Shown: positions 1 through 10,045 of the stretch, one piece after another
Layout: each line of letters opens with the position of its first letter
Position numbering within the stretch: the stretch's first letter is position 1
Origin: a virus
Lineage: Duplodnaviria > Caudoviricetes
IMG/VR virus record: IMGVR_UViG_3300047561_000337
Location: 1 to 40,579 of that record
Length of the DNA stretch: 40,579 bases
Reading direction: 5' to 3' (one strand)
The notes under the pieces: model-generated
What the model was told of the DNA's origin: nothing
Seen by the model: only the letters and a program-made list of their open reading frames with translations
The model's database searches: none
Translations under genes and position numbers: made by a program

Positions 1-3
1 CCA

Positions 4-312
4 TTATATTTGTCCAATCTCTTTAAGTACTTCTACGGATTTTTTATTTATGTCTCTTGCTTTTGGCATAGTCTCTGAGTTATAGGCTTTTCCTAAAGTC
101 TCAGATGCTTTGTGTGCTGCTACTATATCTTTCATTCTGGTACCAGCAGGTTGTATCCCTTGTGACCTAGCATCGCGGTATGCCTGTAGTTCAGAATTCC
201 ATTTCTTATCTGGTATATCTCTTGTAGCATCTCCAGTATTCATCTGAAGTCCTAACCCTTTACAACCAAAGCAACCCTCAATTGGTTCAGGGTGATGCTC
301 CCAATGTTTCAT
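4..312 (-). CDS. Hypothetical phage protein (102 aa, CxxC near N-terminus)
   Basis: ORF with GGGGAC RBS; frame conserved in the second copy at 39695-40003 with mostly synonymous changes. Confidence 0.85.
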   Translation of the reverse strand: MKHWEHHPEPIEGCFGCKGLGLQMNTGDATRDIPDKKWNSELQAYRDARSQGIQPAGTRMKDIVAAHKASETLGKAYNSETMPKARDINKKSVEVLKEIGQI

Positions 313-318
313 ATGTCC

Positions 319-594
319 CTACTCTGTTGTGAAATTACTTGATGTTATTCCTATACCTGCTGCTATCATTGCTGTTCTTATAGCATCGGTAATTCCAGTA
401 TGTATACAGCCACCCATATAGTAGGCAGTATAAGTTTCTAAATCATCTTGTGCTGGATACTGGGTTAATGAATATACTCCAGCATTATTAATAACTGTAT
501 AGCCTTTAGTTCTTTGGGCAAAAAATTGAAACAGTCTGTGATTACCTATTAGTCCCTGCTCAAGGGTAGGTGTTAGAAATGTATATGTTGCCAT
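319..594 (-). CDS. Hypothetical virion-associated protein (91 aa)
   Basis: Start moved to ATG 594 (AAGGAG RBS); matches the 91-aa copy at 40010-40285. Confidence 0.85.
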   Translation of the reverse strand: MATYTFLTPTLEQGLIGNHRLFQFFAQRTKGYTVINNAGVYSLTQYPAQDDLETYTAYYMGGCIHTGITDAIRTAMIAAGIGITSSNFTTE

Positions 595-616
595 TATTCT
601 CCTTAATGAATTTACT

Positions 617-644
617 GTAAGGCTAGAGTTACCCCTAGCCCTAC
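617..644 (-). terminator. 12-bp GNRA hairpin after the major capsid gene (attenuator or processing site)
   Basis: GTAGGGCTAGGG-GTAA-CTCTAGCCTTAC on the minus strand; no strong U tract; structure retained in the second copy. Confidence 0.6.
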
Positions 645-654
645 CGTCAATCAA

Positions 655-1608
655 CTAAGCGATTGATGAACCAGACTCAATTCGGTACAAGGCTGCTTCG
701 CGATAACGCTTGAAGCCAAGAACGCCGTACCAGCCCATTGGGCGGAAACGCATTAAGTGGTCAATAACTGGACCGATAACTACATGTGGCTCTTCAGCAA
801 CGGCTTCTGCCATTGCTTGCTGACCAGCAATAATTGTACGGTAGTTACGTGCAGATGATGCACCGTCTGTAGCATTGTACAAACGAGCAGACTCTACGAA
901 ATAAGCACCTTCATAGGTACCGATTTCTCCTGCCCAGATACGGTCTTGTGCAGAGCCGTATTGGTTAGGAAGTAACCATCCTGCTGAACCAGTCTCAGCA
1001 CGAAGGTCGTGTGAAACCTCTGGGTGGATTCCAGCCCAGTATAGAGGACCCTTACGGGCTACAGACTTACCAGCACGTAGCTTAGCAACGGCCTTACGGA
1101 CGTTAGCTGAAGAGATAGTTGCTGCTGCTGTAATTGTTGCAGTAGATGTTGCAGTTGAACCTGAGTAAATTACGTTGGTTCCGCCACGAAGTTCTGTCAT
1201 TGCGACAGCATCAATAGAATCTGCAAGGTTGAATGCAATGATGTTAGCAATTGCTGGGTCTACATCAGCAAGGCTGAATAGCTCCAAAGCACGTGTTACT
1301 AACACTGAGTTACCGTACTCTGCAAGAGTAATAGTAACTGATGTTGGGGTACCTAGTGCTACAGAGTCACGCTCTGTTGCTTCGGTCAGCGCAGTTGATT
1401 GCGCTGCTAAATCTGCGTATAATTGTAGAACTACGGTTGAGCCAGGAATTGCCTGCTTTGCAGGACGCTTGTCAGCGACGCTACGAATAAGGGGTTCTGA
1501 ACGCAACGCGAATTCTAACAGTCTGTCATACGCTGTCTGTACTAAACCAGCACTACCAGCGGTTCCGCCGAGTGTGCTTGAGCCTGTACTTGAATAGGCA
1601 TTAGCCAT
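655..1608 (-). CDS. Major capsid protein (HK97 fold, N4-gp56-like family)
   Basis: 317 aa, GGAGGTG RBS, follows the scaffold gene; C-terminal PMGWYGVLGFKRYREAALYRIE signature typical of this capsid family. Confidence 0.9.
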   Translation of the reverse strand: MANAYSSTGSSTLGGTAGSAGLVQTAYDRLLEFALRSEPLIRSVADKRPAKQAIPGSTVVLQLYADLAAQSTALTEATERDSVALGTPTSVTITLAEYGNSVLVTRALELFSLADVDPAIANIIAFNLADSIDAVAMTELRGGTNVIYSGSTATSTATITAAATISSANVRKAVAKLRAGKSVARKGPLYWAGIHPEVSHDLRAETGSAGWLLPNQYGSAQDRIWAGEIGTYEGAYFVESARLYNATDGASSARNYRTIIAGQQAMAEAVAEEPHVVIGPVIDHLMRFRPMGWYGVLGFKRYREAALYRIESGSSIA

Positions 1609-1645
1609 TGTTCACCTCCAAGGTGATTAAGAATTACTATGGATA

Positions 1646-2122
1646 TTAATTGCCTTGAATTAATGAAGTGAGTTCTTCTGCGGAAGCCGCATTGATAACT
1701 CTGTTCAATAAATCTTGGGCTTTGTCAGGGGTCGTACCAAGTTGAGTTACTACATCTTGCTGCCGTAAGGCTGCACGATTTAGTTCCTGTTCCTCAGATA
1801 CCGCTGGCTCCTTTGTTAATCCAAACAATTCGCCATTATCATCAAGCCAGTTATTAACTGACTCTTCGGTAATGTCTTCTAAGTCTTTAAGGATTAAACG
1901 TTGTGCCTTTGGATTGACACCCTTCTTTTCTAGGACCTCTTTGACTGTACGCTCACGCTGCGACTTGGATAATCCCTCAAGTTGCTCAGTGAGTTCTTTG
2001 ATACGCTTCTCATCATTACGCTTAGCTTTCCGCAATTTTTTAAGTAAATCGCTTCCATCTAATTGTGTTTCTGTTTCGGTATCTTGGTCGTCTTCGTCTT
2101 CATCCCAGTAGTTGTTGCTCAT
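1646..2122 (-). CDS. Capsid scaffolding protein
   Basis: Start at ATG 2122 (MSNNYWD) after AAGGGTGGG; acidic N-terminus plus coiled coil; immediately upstream of the capsid gene. Confidence 0.75.
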   Translation of the reverse strand: MSNNYWDEDEDDQDTETETQLDGSDLLKKLRKAKRNDEKRIKELTEQLEGLSKSQRERTVKEVLEKKGVNPKAQRLILKDLEDITEESVNNWLDDNGELFGLTKEPAVSEEQELNRAALRQQDVVTQLGTTPDKAQDLLNRVINAASAEELTSLIQGN

Positions 2123-2151
2123 AGCAACCCACCCTTCTATTCGTTGTAGTC

Positions 2152-2236
2152 GCAAGCCTCAGATTCTGGTCGGGGAACCAGACTGGCTCTTGCTATCGGT
2201 CTAATACGCTATGTGAGGCCGATGGATTCACATAGG
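2152..2236 (-). ncRNA. Candidate cis-regulatory RNA (pseudoknot plus hairpin) in the scaffold leader
   Basis: CTATGTGA/TCACATAG stem whose loop ATCGG pairs with downstream CCGAT; followed by GCAAG-AGCC..GGCTTGC enclosing TCTGGT/ACCAGA. Confidence 0.55.
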
Positions 2237-2243
2237 ATTCTAT

Positions 2244-3419
2244 TTAGAACTGTCCGCCGCTAGACATTTTCTTTAAGTTCATAGTACTTAAACCGGCAGA
2301 ACCAACTCCAGCAGACCCACCAAATTGGGCAGTCTCAAGAGCAGCTAATTGCTTACGCTTACGCTCAGCAGATGCATTACCTTTAAAGACTTCTTCTTCA
2401 GCTGTCTTTTGTGTGTAATTAATCTTTGCTTCGCCATAAATATCACTTAGTTTTGTAGCTTCTGGAAGTATCGAACCAATGGTTGAGTAACCTTTAATTG
2501 CTGTAGAACGGTCAACACCAAAGGCTGCTAAGTCTTCAGCGCTAGTAGCACTTGTACTCAAACCTTGTGATGCAGCTACTGCACCAATCTCAGCTGATGT
2601 AACCTTACGTTCCAATGCAGGTAATGTTTGGTCTGGCTTTAAGAAGTAACTAACTAAATCAGCATCAGTAATATTAGGATAAAATTGTTTAAGTTGTGCT
2701 TTAACACTAGGGTCAGCTTGTTGTACTCTAGTAACTGCTAGTTTAAGACGGTCACCTAATTCTATATTAGATATATCATTGCCAATTAGATTGGCGTATT
2801 CAGCACGGCTGCCTAATGCATTCTGTCCATATGCTTTAAGTACTTCAGCGTATTGATTCTCAAGACCTAGATATGTAGCTTCAGGAATAGCATTCTTACC
2901 CGCAGCAACACGAGTAACATTACCAGCAAAACGGTCCTTGTATGCTTGTGTTCCCTTTAATAAAAGCGTTGCTTCATTAGGTCCTACGTTCTGGGTCATA
3001 TAACCCTTAATAGTCTCGGCCAATGAATCTAAACCATATAATTTAAAAGTATCTGCAAGTAACGCAAAGGCATCTTTACGAGCTGCATCATTAGCATCAT
3101 TTTTTAATTGAGTTAATGGGTCAACTTTATTTGCATCAATAACGGGAGCACCAGGAGTAATCTTTCCTTCTGGGTTTCCATAAACCTCTATGTTTGTTGC
3201 TGCAGTAATTTTTTTAGCAGCATCTAATGCTTCCTGTGCTACGTTAACATTTTGTTGTGCTACATCACTATTAGGATTTTGTTTAGCTATCTTCATAGAA
3301 GTGTTTAAATCTGATGTTGCATTTGCAACCCCAGCAAAAGCAGTTGCAAGTTGTTTAACTTGTTCAGGTGCTAATTTTGGACTTGGTGCCCCTGCTTCTG
3401 AATCAAATAATCTTGCCAT
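2244..3419 (-). CDS. Putative internal virion (ejected) protein, 391 aa
   Basis: Ala/Gln-rich helical protein, coupled to the upstream gene by TAATG, within the structural operon. Confidence 0.55.
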   Translation of the reverse strand: MARLFDSEAGAPSPKLAPEQVKQLATAFAGVANATSDLNTSMKIAKQNPNSDVAQQNVNVAQEALDAAKKITAATNIEVYGNPEGKITPGAPVIDANKVDPLTQLKNDANDAARKDAFALLADTFKLYGLDSLAETIKGYMTQNVGPNEATLLLKGTQAYKDRFAGNVTRVAAGKNAIPEATYLGLENQYAEVLKAYGQNALGSRAEYANLIGNDISNIELGDRLKLAVTRVQQADPSVKAQLKQFYPNITDADLVSYFLKPDQTLPALERKVTSAEIGAVAASQGLSTSATSAEDLAAFGVDRSTAIKGYSTIGSILPEATKLSDIYGEAKINYTQKTAEEEVFKGNASAERKRKQLAALETAQFGGSAGVGSAGLSTMNLKKMSSGGQF

Positions 3420-4984
3420 TAGCCTACCAATCCGAAGGACTTAAGAACAGTGTTAGCATAATCAGCAGCCTCTTCATGGGCATTCATAGTCTTAGCCCAT
3501 TCAGGTTTTTGCTTCAATGAAACTATGAATTCATTAAGATTCATAACCCCTGCTTTACCGTCATTGTGTAATGCTTTTTGAATATCTTTATCAAAGACAT
3601 CTGTTTCTGCACCTGTCTCAAGGTACTTCTTCTTATAGTAATTATAGTTATCAGCTATACTTTTAACGCTTCCACCTTGGTCTATATAAGAAGCAAGGTT
3701 TTTGTACATAAGTTTAGAGTTTTGTTTAATAATTTCAGCACGTTGTTTAAGGTCTGAACCTGGTTGCAAGGTTTGCATTACTTCATTTAATGCCATTTTA
3801 TCGTCCATTGCCATACCATATTTAGCTGCTGTTTCTTTGATAGCATCTATACCCTGAGCAATAATGCCACCCGTTTTAGATATAGTAGATGGGTCTATGT
3901 CTTTAGCTTGAAGAGCCTTAGATATAACTGCAACTTTTAATGCAGTCTTATCTTGCTCACTAACTGAAGCAGTTTGAACACGATTAGTTTCTGCACCTAG
4001 TGAATCTTTAGTAACAGTAGCTTTGCTTGGGTGTGCTCTTTCATAATCATTAAGTGCCTTTTGATATGAAGATACTTCTTCAGCTGTAGCACCACGTCCT
4101 AGGTAACTCTGAACAAAGGATGCTATATCTTGCGCAGCTATATCTTTAAGAGTATAAGTTGTTACTGAAGATGTTTTAGTACCAGCAAAATTTTTGGTTC
4201 GGTCCAACAATTGACCAAATGATAAGAAGTTAAGGCTACCTGCATTATTAAAGTTAGAGAATGTAAGGTCATCTATGTACTTTGTTAAAACTTTATTAAA
4301 AGCCTTATCTATTGTATCTCCAGCAGCAATAGAAGCTTTACCATCAGCACTAGTAAATTGACCTTTACGCCACATCTCTTGCTTTAAAGCAGCAATGCCA
4401 CCTTTTTTAGCAAGATAAGGTGTAAGAATATCTTTGTATGCTGTTTCAACATCAACTATTTTATAGGCATTAGGGTTGTTTGCATCACCTATAATTGCTA
4501 TTTTATGAGGTACACCATTAACAGTTTTACCTACATAGAATTGGTCATACTTATCTTTTAATATAGATAACTCTGGAAGTATGCCAACGGTAGGATTGCC
4601 CAAAAAGTCAGAAGAATAACTTCCTGCACTATAGCCAGACATTGAGCCACTAGGTGACCCACCGACCACAGTAGATGGTTGATTAGTAATAGGACTAATA
4701 GTACTAGGAGTAACTGTGCCTGTAGCAGAAGCATCATTACTTGAAGCAGCACTAGTAATGGATTTTAATAACTCTTCTGGTGTAGGTGCTGCATATGCAG
4801 CAGCTGCAGTAGCCGCTGCTTGTGCTGCTGATGGTATGTTACCTGATGCAACATTTTGAACTGCAGCTCCAATTTGAGGAGATGCTGGAACACTTGCAGC
4901 AACAGCGCCACCAACCATGCCTCTATAGAAATCTTCATAAAGAGCTTTAGCCATTGACTTTGCAGCATCATCTAAGAATGACAT
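3419..4984 (-). CDS. Putative internal virion protein, 521 aa
   Basis: Long ORF with low-complexity Ala/Ser N-terminus, within the structural operon. Confidence 0.55.
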   Translation of the reverse strand: MSFLDDAAKSMAKALYEDFYRGMVGGAVAASVPASPQIGAAVQNVASGNIPSAAQAAATAAAAYAAPTPEELLKSITSAASSNDASATGTVTPSTISPITNQPSTVVGGSPSGSMSGYSAGSYSSDFLGNPTVGILPELSILKDKYDQFYVGKTVNGVPHKIAIIGDANNPNAYKIVDVETAYKDILTPYLAKKGGIAALKQEMWRKGQFTSADGKASIAAGDTIDKAFNKVLTKYIDDLTFSNFNNAGSLNFLSFGQLLDRTKNFAGTKTSSVTTYTLKDIAAQDIASFVQSYLGRGATAEEVSSYQKALNDYERAHPSKATVTKDSLGAETNRVQTASVSEQDKTALKVAVISKALQAKDIDPSTISKTGGIIAQGIDAIKETAAKYGMAMDDKMALNEVMQTLQPGSDLKQRAEIIKQNSKLMYKNLASYIDQGGSVKSIADNYNYYKKKYLETGAETDVFDKDIQKALHNDGKAGVMNLNEFIVSLKQKPEWAKTMNAHEEAADYANTVLKSFGLVG

Positions 4985-4993
4985 TAATTTACC

Positions 4994-7900
4994 TTACTTA
5001 AGAGTTGTACGAGCATAGAAGTTAAGGAGAGGTAAGAAGATAGCTCTTGTTGCCTCTGCAATAAATGGGTCAGACGGTCCACCTTTACCTACTGAGCCAC
5101 CCAATTCCTTGAGTGCATCAATAGTTTGTTGCTTAATCTGTTGTTTAATCTCAGCAGAGTTCATTACATCCATCATGTTTGCATCATTGCGGATATGGTT
5201 TAAAGCGTTATCAACAAGAGTAGTTGCTGTTGACATCTTAGCTCTAGTAGCATCAGTCATCTTAAAGTTTTTATCTGCTATTGCGCCCTGTAACTTAGCT
5301 AGCATGTCTTCTTGTTTTCCTATACCAAATGACTTACTGTTTAAAGCAATCTCTAGCATAGGGTTAGCTTTCTTTAAAGAATCCTGTGCAAAGGCTAACT
5401 CATCTAATACTTGTTGTCTTTGAGAACCATTCAAAGGTAGCTGTAATTGTTGCTCTGCTTGACTGCGATAGTCATAATACTTCTGACGGTCTTGAGCAAT
5501 AGCTACTTCTTCATAGTAATCTTGAATGCCACGTTGTTCCATCATTCCAGATGCCTGCATCCAAAGATAGATATTTGAATTATAATCACCAATATGAGGA
5601 GCAAAGATTAAAGCTGCATCTTTATATGTTTCAATAGCATCGCCATTATTAAGCATCCATTGGCGCATTTCTTTAGTCTTATTGACAACAACATTTGTTT
5701 GTTTGTTATCTCTAGCTACTGTATATACAAGCTTTCCAGGATGTTTACCAGTAAATGCCATCAATGCTAATTCATATGGGTCAACTACTCTACCCTTTGC
5801 ATTACGCATAATACTTTGAAGAATGTCAGCAAACTCTGGACGTAGTCCATTGATGCCAGCATTCTTTAGATAGTCTGGAACATCTTTGCTCTCCTGCATA
5901 CCAGGAGCAATTGGAGATAGTAAGCCTAAGAATCCACGCATAAACAATATGTTGTTTACGCTTACCTTTAAAGTCTTTAAGTAATCAGATGTAGCTTTAG
6001 CACTCTCTTCTTTAGGTAAAGCACCTAGTTTCTCTGGACTTAAAAACAATCCATGTGCTGCGTTATACGCAATAGCTTGTTGAGTGGCTGAAACTAATTG
6101 TTGGTCTTTCTCGCCTTTAGGAAGCATTGAATATACTCGTTGCAATGATGAAGGAACTAAAGCTTTAGTTAAGTTAAGGTTTTCATTAACGTTACCAAGT
6201 ATAGCATTATCTAATTCAATAGATACTTTCTTACCTATATCACCACCCCATAAGTTTAATGCTTTCTGAATACCTAAAATAGGTATAGCAATAAATGGTC
6301 CTGATAAGCTAGGTTGACCAGCATCTTGTTGGAAAGATGGATTACCCATTGATATCTTAACTGTAAAGTCATTAAACATTGGCTGCTTAATAGCATCTGG
6401 GTTGCCGGTTAATACAGAGAAGGTGCCATTGATTGCATGGTAGATAAGATTATCTCCAGGCATTACTAAGTATGGGTCACCATTTTGGTCTGGGTGAATA
6501 AATCCATTGGATTGTAATCCTAAATGTGCAAGTCTTAAACGATATAGAACCTGTGGACTTACTTCTTTTAACCTGTATAAACGACGGTAGAAGTCTTCTG
6601 TTGCTCTATAAAAACGACCTGTAGTACGTAGGCTCCATGCTAGATTACTGCGGATAGCAGGGTTATCTACAGCCTTTAATACATTGCTACCAGCATGACT
6701 CATAGCTACTTCAGTGAACTTCTTTTCAGCTAATTCACGAGCAAATTCTGGGGTTATATGAGTGTTATTCTCTGTTAACTCTTTTGCATACTGTGTTTCT
6801 AAACGTGCATACTTCTCACGGAACTTAATGTATGTAGCCCATAATGCTGGCTGACGGAACAAGTGATTGTTCTGTGCATCCATCCAATCCATTGGGTGAC
6901 TAATGTTATCATCTGCCCATTGGCGTATCTTTTGAAGGTAAGCTTCATTTGTATCTGCTTTAGAAAAATTAAGGTCTGTATTGATTACACCTTCAGGTCT
7001 AAATCCTTTAGTTAGTTCATCAAAGACAGGATAATCAACACTGTCTAATGAAAGACGTACAGCTTTACCGTATGCCATAGTCTGATTACCACCCACACGG
7101 GCTTCATCTTGAATAATGCTTGCTGTTTCTTTGATATGGTTTAATAATCTATCATTAAATGCAACAGCATTGCCATGGAATACTTCATACATATCTAAAA
7201 GCATTGTTTCTACACGTTTAACAGCTGTATCTGCACCAGACCAGCCACGCTCAGCGTCCCTTACTGTCTGTTGTGATAACTCTAAGAACCCATTAAGAAG
7301 CTTAACATCTGTTACTTCTAAAGTATCAGGATTAACTCCTATTTTACCCAAGATTTCATCACGGGCTGCGGAGAATTCTTTCTCAGTACGAAGACCATTG
7401 TTACGTACAAAGATTTCCCCTGGATTAATATAAGTTTCAAAGCCTTTACCTAGGTTTCGAGAGTTCTTAGTAAATCTTAAAAACCAATTTTGGTAATGAG
7501 CTGCTGATACTGCAGATGGACCAATTTTTTCAAGGTCAGCAATTGCTCGAGCTCCGTATGTACCAGTAGGTATGAAGCCTAACTCTTTATGCATGTTACT
7601 TAAATGGCTCATTGAAACAATTTGTCCAGCCAAGTCTCCGCCGCTAATACCATTATTAATAGCAGACTTTCCAATGGATGAGTTTACTATTGAATTAGCT
7701 ATTTCTGGATGGTGTGCCATTGCTTGGTACATGTAATCCATGTTAGCTGCTTTATTTGTTTCAGGAAGTATGTGTTCAAGGTATGGAACTACTTTTGCAG
7801 CCACGTTCATTTCTGTGTCTAAACGAAAACGTTCTTCGCCATTAACCATTACAGAGGTTAGGCGGTCTTTTTCATCTAAGTATCTAGCTGGATTCTTACC

Positions 7901-10045
7901 AAGGGCATTAAGGATAGCACGTTTAATAGGAGGAATTGATTTTTCATCCCCAGTATAAGCTTGAATACCTTTATGTAGCTTACGTCCTAGGCCAAGTTTA
8001 AATATATCTTCACCTGGTGCCATCATTGAATAGAAAAAAGCTTCGTCTATTGCAGAACGAATACCTAAACGTGGAAATAATGTAAGTATAGTCCATGCAT
8101 TTGTAGTTTTTCTTGCATAAGTATGACGTGTTGCTCCACCAATAGCATCAACAATCTCACCAATTGCTGAACGTTCACCAAAACTAGTAGCATATTCAGA
8201 TAATTCATTCCATGGTAGATTACCAACAGCAGGTTTAGCATTATAAAAATGTACGGGACCATCATAACTTGTCTTAAGTAATCCACCTACACCAGACAAA
8301 GGTTGTTCTTCTAAGATTCCTTTTGATTTAATAGCATTAGCAAACTGAGGTGGTACATTAACTTCAGCTTTGCTTAAGAAAGATGTGGTATCGGCAAACT
8401 TATCTTGAAGTATCTTTTCCATGAGTGCTTTCCCACCCGGTTTACCAGGAAGACCCATTGAATGAAATATTTGTGTATACAGACCACGAAGAAGAATAGT
8501 TCTATCTTGTGGGTCAGATGTTCTAAAAGCTTCACCAAAATATTCAGCATGTGCCTTAGGGTAAATAACTCTAGCTAAAGAGACAACAGTAGATAAAGTT
8601 CTATCTACGTTATTATCTAATATGCCAATTTCTCCTGCACCGGGAAACCTAGCAGCATAACGACCTAATTTACGTTTAACGCTAGCAAGTTCTCCTGTTA
8701 GTTTTTCAAGTAAAGGAGTTTGACCTAGAACTAAAGGGTCTTTGTTTAAACCTATACTACGGATATCTTTAACAAAATCATCACTTAAATTAGCAGCATT
8801 TTCAATTCCACCATTAAAATAATCGCCCATTTTTTTATTAAGATTGCTAGTAAATTCACGAGAACGTTTAGCAATTGGTATACCTGTACGGAAGAAAGTA
8901 GTTCCGTCTACTCTACCTGATAGCAACTCAATCATTGGCTCTGACTTACCAAAGAATTCTTCAGCTTTGTCAGCGTTAAATACTTTATTGGTAGTTAAAA
9001 GTTTAAGCATATCGTTATTATTAAGGTCAGGCATAAGACGCTTAATTTCGTCTCTAACAATAATTGCAGCTTTCTTGCCTTCTTCTCCGCCAAGAATACG
9101 TGCATTATGCAAACGCTCAACCATTGGACCAGCTACGTTATCCCATGTGTTACGGATATCTTTACGAGCAAATACTTCTGCTATAGATTTCTCACCAGCA
9201 GCTAATGCTTCAGCTAATTTATCAGCACGGGTAATAGCTTTAGATGTACCACCAGTAATGTAAGTTAATGGGTCTGTAAATATTTGAGCTAGAAAGTCAA
9301 TAGTACCAGAAAGTTTATTCCACTCATTACTTGAATAAAGCTTGTTATCATTAGGCTGTGCATTAAGCAATATACGAGATATATCTCTACCGTAAGATAC
9401 TTGAGCGCCTTTAAATTTATTAAGCATTCCCTTAAATTGTTCAGGCTCTGAAAGCATCTTAGTGATTGAACCAATGATTTCAGCGTTAGGAGTTCCATAG
9501 GCATCAATAATCTCACCAGGCTTTAAGCCTTCAAGAGTTTTCATGGCAACAAAAGTATCTGTATTACCGTACTCACCATGTAAAGAAGCTAATGATTTAT
9601 TATCATAAATAGCTTTACCATCCCAAGCACCAGACCAAACATGAGCATCAAATGGACTGCTACCTTGTTGAATTTGTCTAGCTACTAAATAAGGTGTGTT
9701 AATACCGCGGTTGTATTCTCCCGCTACTTTAAACGCTGCTTTAAATGGACCAATAGCAATGTTCTTAATATCTTTAATGCCACGCCAAATTAAATTTTCT
9801 CCAGCTTTAGGAACATAAGGAGCTTCTCCATACATAGCACTAAGTTGGTCTTGAACACCTGGGTCTAATAATTTGTACTCTTTTTGAGCAGCATCATTAT
9901 TCATGTTCATTAGCTTCTTATTTAAATTTACAGTTCCAGCAATTTGATTAACTGTGTTAATCTGATTTGGCTGAAGACCAGCATTATAGGCTGCTGAATA
10001 TAGATTAGGAGATAGCTGAGCTACCTTTGGGTCTAAATTTGGCAC
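4994..10045 (-). CDS. Large internal virion / DNA ejection protein, 1683 aa
   Basis: Largest ORF; globular/helical without tape-measure periodicity; size and context resemble podoviral core proteins. Confidence 0.6.
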   Translation of the reverse strand: MPNLDPKVAQLSPNLYSAAYNAGLQPNQINTVNQIAGTVNLNKKLMNMNNDAAQKEYKLLDPGVQDQLSAMYGEAPYVPKAGENLIWRGIKDIKNIAIGPFKAAFKVAGEYNRGINTPYLVARQIQQGSSPFDAHVWSGAWDGKAIYDNKSLASLHGEYGNTDTFVAMKTLEGLKPGEIIDAYGTPNAEIIGSITKMLSEPEQFKGMLNKFKGAQVSYGRDISRILLNAQPNDNKLYSSNEWNKLSGTIDFLAQIFTDPLTYITGGTSKAITRADKLAEALAAGEKSIAEVFARKDIRNTWDNVAGPMVERLHNARILGGEEGKKAAIIVRDEIKRLMPDLNNNDMLKLLTTNKVFNADKAEEFFGKSEPMIELLSGRVDGTTFFRTGIPIAKRSREFTSNLNKKMGDYFNGGIENAANLSDDFVKDIRSIGLNKDPLVLGQTPLLEKLTGELASVKRKLGRYAARFPGAGEIGILDNNVDRTLSTVVSLARVIYPKAHAEYFGEAFRTSDPQDRTILLRGLYTQIFHSMGLPGKPGGKALMEKILQDKFADTTSFLSKAEVNVPPQFANAIKSKGILEEQPLSGVGGLLKTSYDGPVHFYNAKPAVGNLPWNELSEYATSFGERSAIGEIVDAIGGATRHTYARKTTNAWTILTLFPRLGIRSAIDEAFFYSMMAPGEDIFKLGLGRKLHKGIQAYTGDEKSIPPIKRAILNALGKNPARYLDEKDRLTSVMVNGEERFRLDTEMNVAAKVVPYLEHILPETNKAANMDYMYQAMAHHPEIANSIVNSSIGKSAINNGISGGDLAGQIVSMSHLSNMHKELGFIPTGTYGARAIADLEKIGPSAVSAAHYQNWFLRFTKNSRNLGKGFETYINPGEIFVRNNGLRTEKEFSAARDEILGKIGVNPDTLEVTDVKLLNGFLELSQQTVRDAERGWSGADTAVKRVETMLLDMYEVFHGNAVAFNDRLLNHIKETASIIQDEARVGGNQTMAYGKAVRLSLDSVDYPVFDELTKGFRPEGVINTDLNFSKADTNEAYLQKIRQWADDNISHPMDWMDAQNNHLFRQPALWATYIKFREKYARLETQYAKELTENNTHITPEFARELAEKKFTEVAMSHAGSNVLKAVDNPAIRSNLAWSLRTTGRFYRATEDFYRRLYRLKEVSPQVLYRLRLAHLGLQSNGFIHPDQNGDPYLVMPGDNLIYHAINGTFSVLTGNPDAIKQPMFNDFTVKISMGNPSFQQDAGQPSLSGPFIAIPILGIQKALNLWGGDIGKKVSIELDNAILGNVNENLNLTKALVPSSLQRVYSMLPKGEKDQQLVSATQQAIAYNAAHGLFLSPEKLGALPKEESAKATSDYLKTLKVSVNNILFMRGFLGLLSPIAPGMQESKDVPDYLKNAGINGLRPEFADILQSIMRNAKGRVVDPYELALMAFTGKHPGKLVYTVARDNKQTNVVVNKTKEMRQWMLNNGDAIETYKDAALIFAPHIGDYNSNIYLWMQASGMMEQRGIQDYYEEVAIAQDRQKYYDYRSQAEQQLQLPLNGSQRQQVLDELAFAQDSLKKANPMLEIALNSKSFGIGKQEDMLAKLQGAIADKNFKMTDATRAKMSTATTLVDNALNHIRNDANMMDVMNSAEIKQQIKQQTIDALKELGGSVGKGGPSDPFIAEATRAIFLPLLNFYARTTLK

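Larger units (their letters stand above)
1..884. repeat. Terminal duplication, copy 1 (diverged partner at 39692-40579)
   Basis: Same three genes in the same order at both ends; 758-884 is identical to the last 127 nt of the window, the rest differs mostly at third codon positions. Confidence 0.95.

Noticed and set aside
2244-2260. C-terminal GGQF as a Pup-like tag
   Set aside because: Pup ends exactly in GGQ or GGE and is ~64 aa; this protein is 391 aa with an extra Phe
1175-9516. Antisense and alternate-frame ORFs inside structural genes (e.g. 1175-1597, 5109-5423, 7116-7433, 8844-9263)
   Set aside because: They are shadows of long coding genes, with no RBS or recognisable motifs
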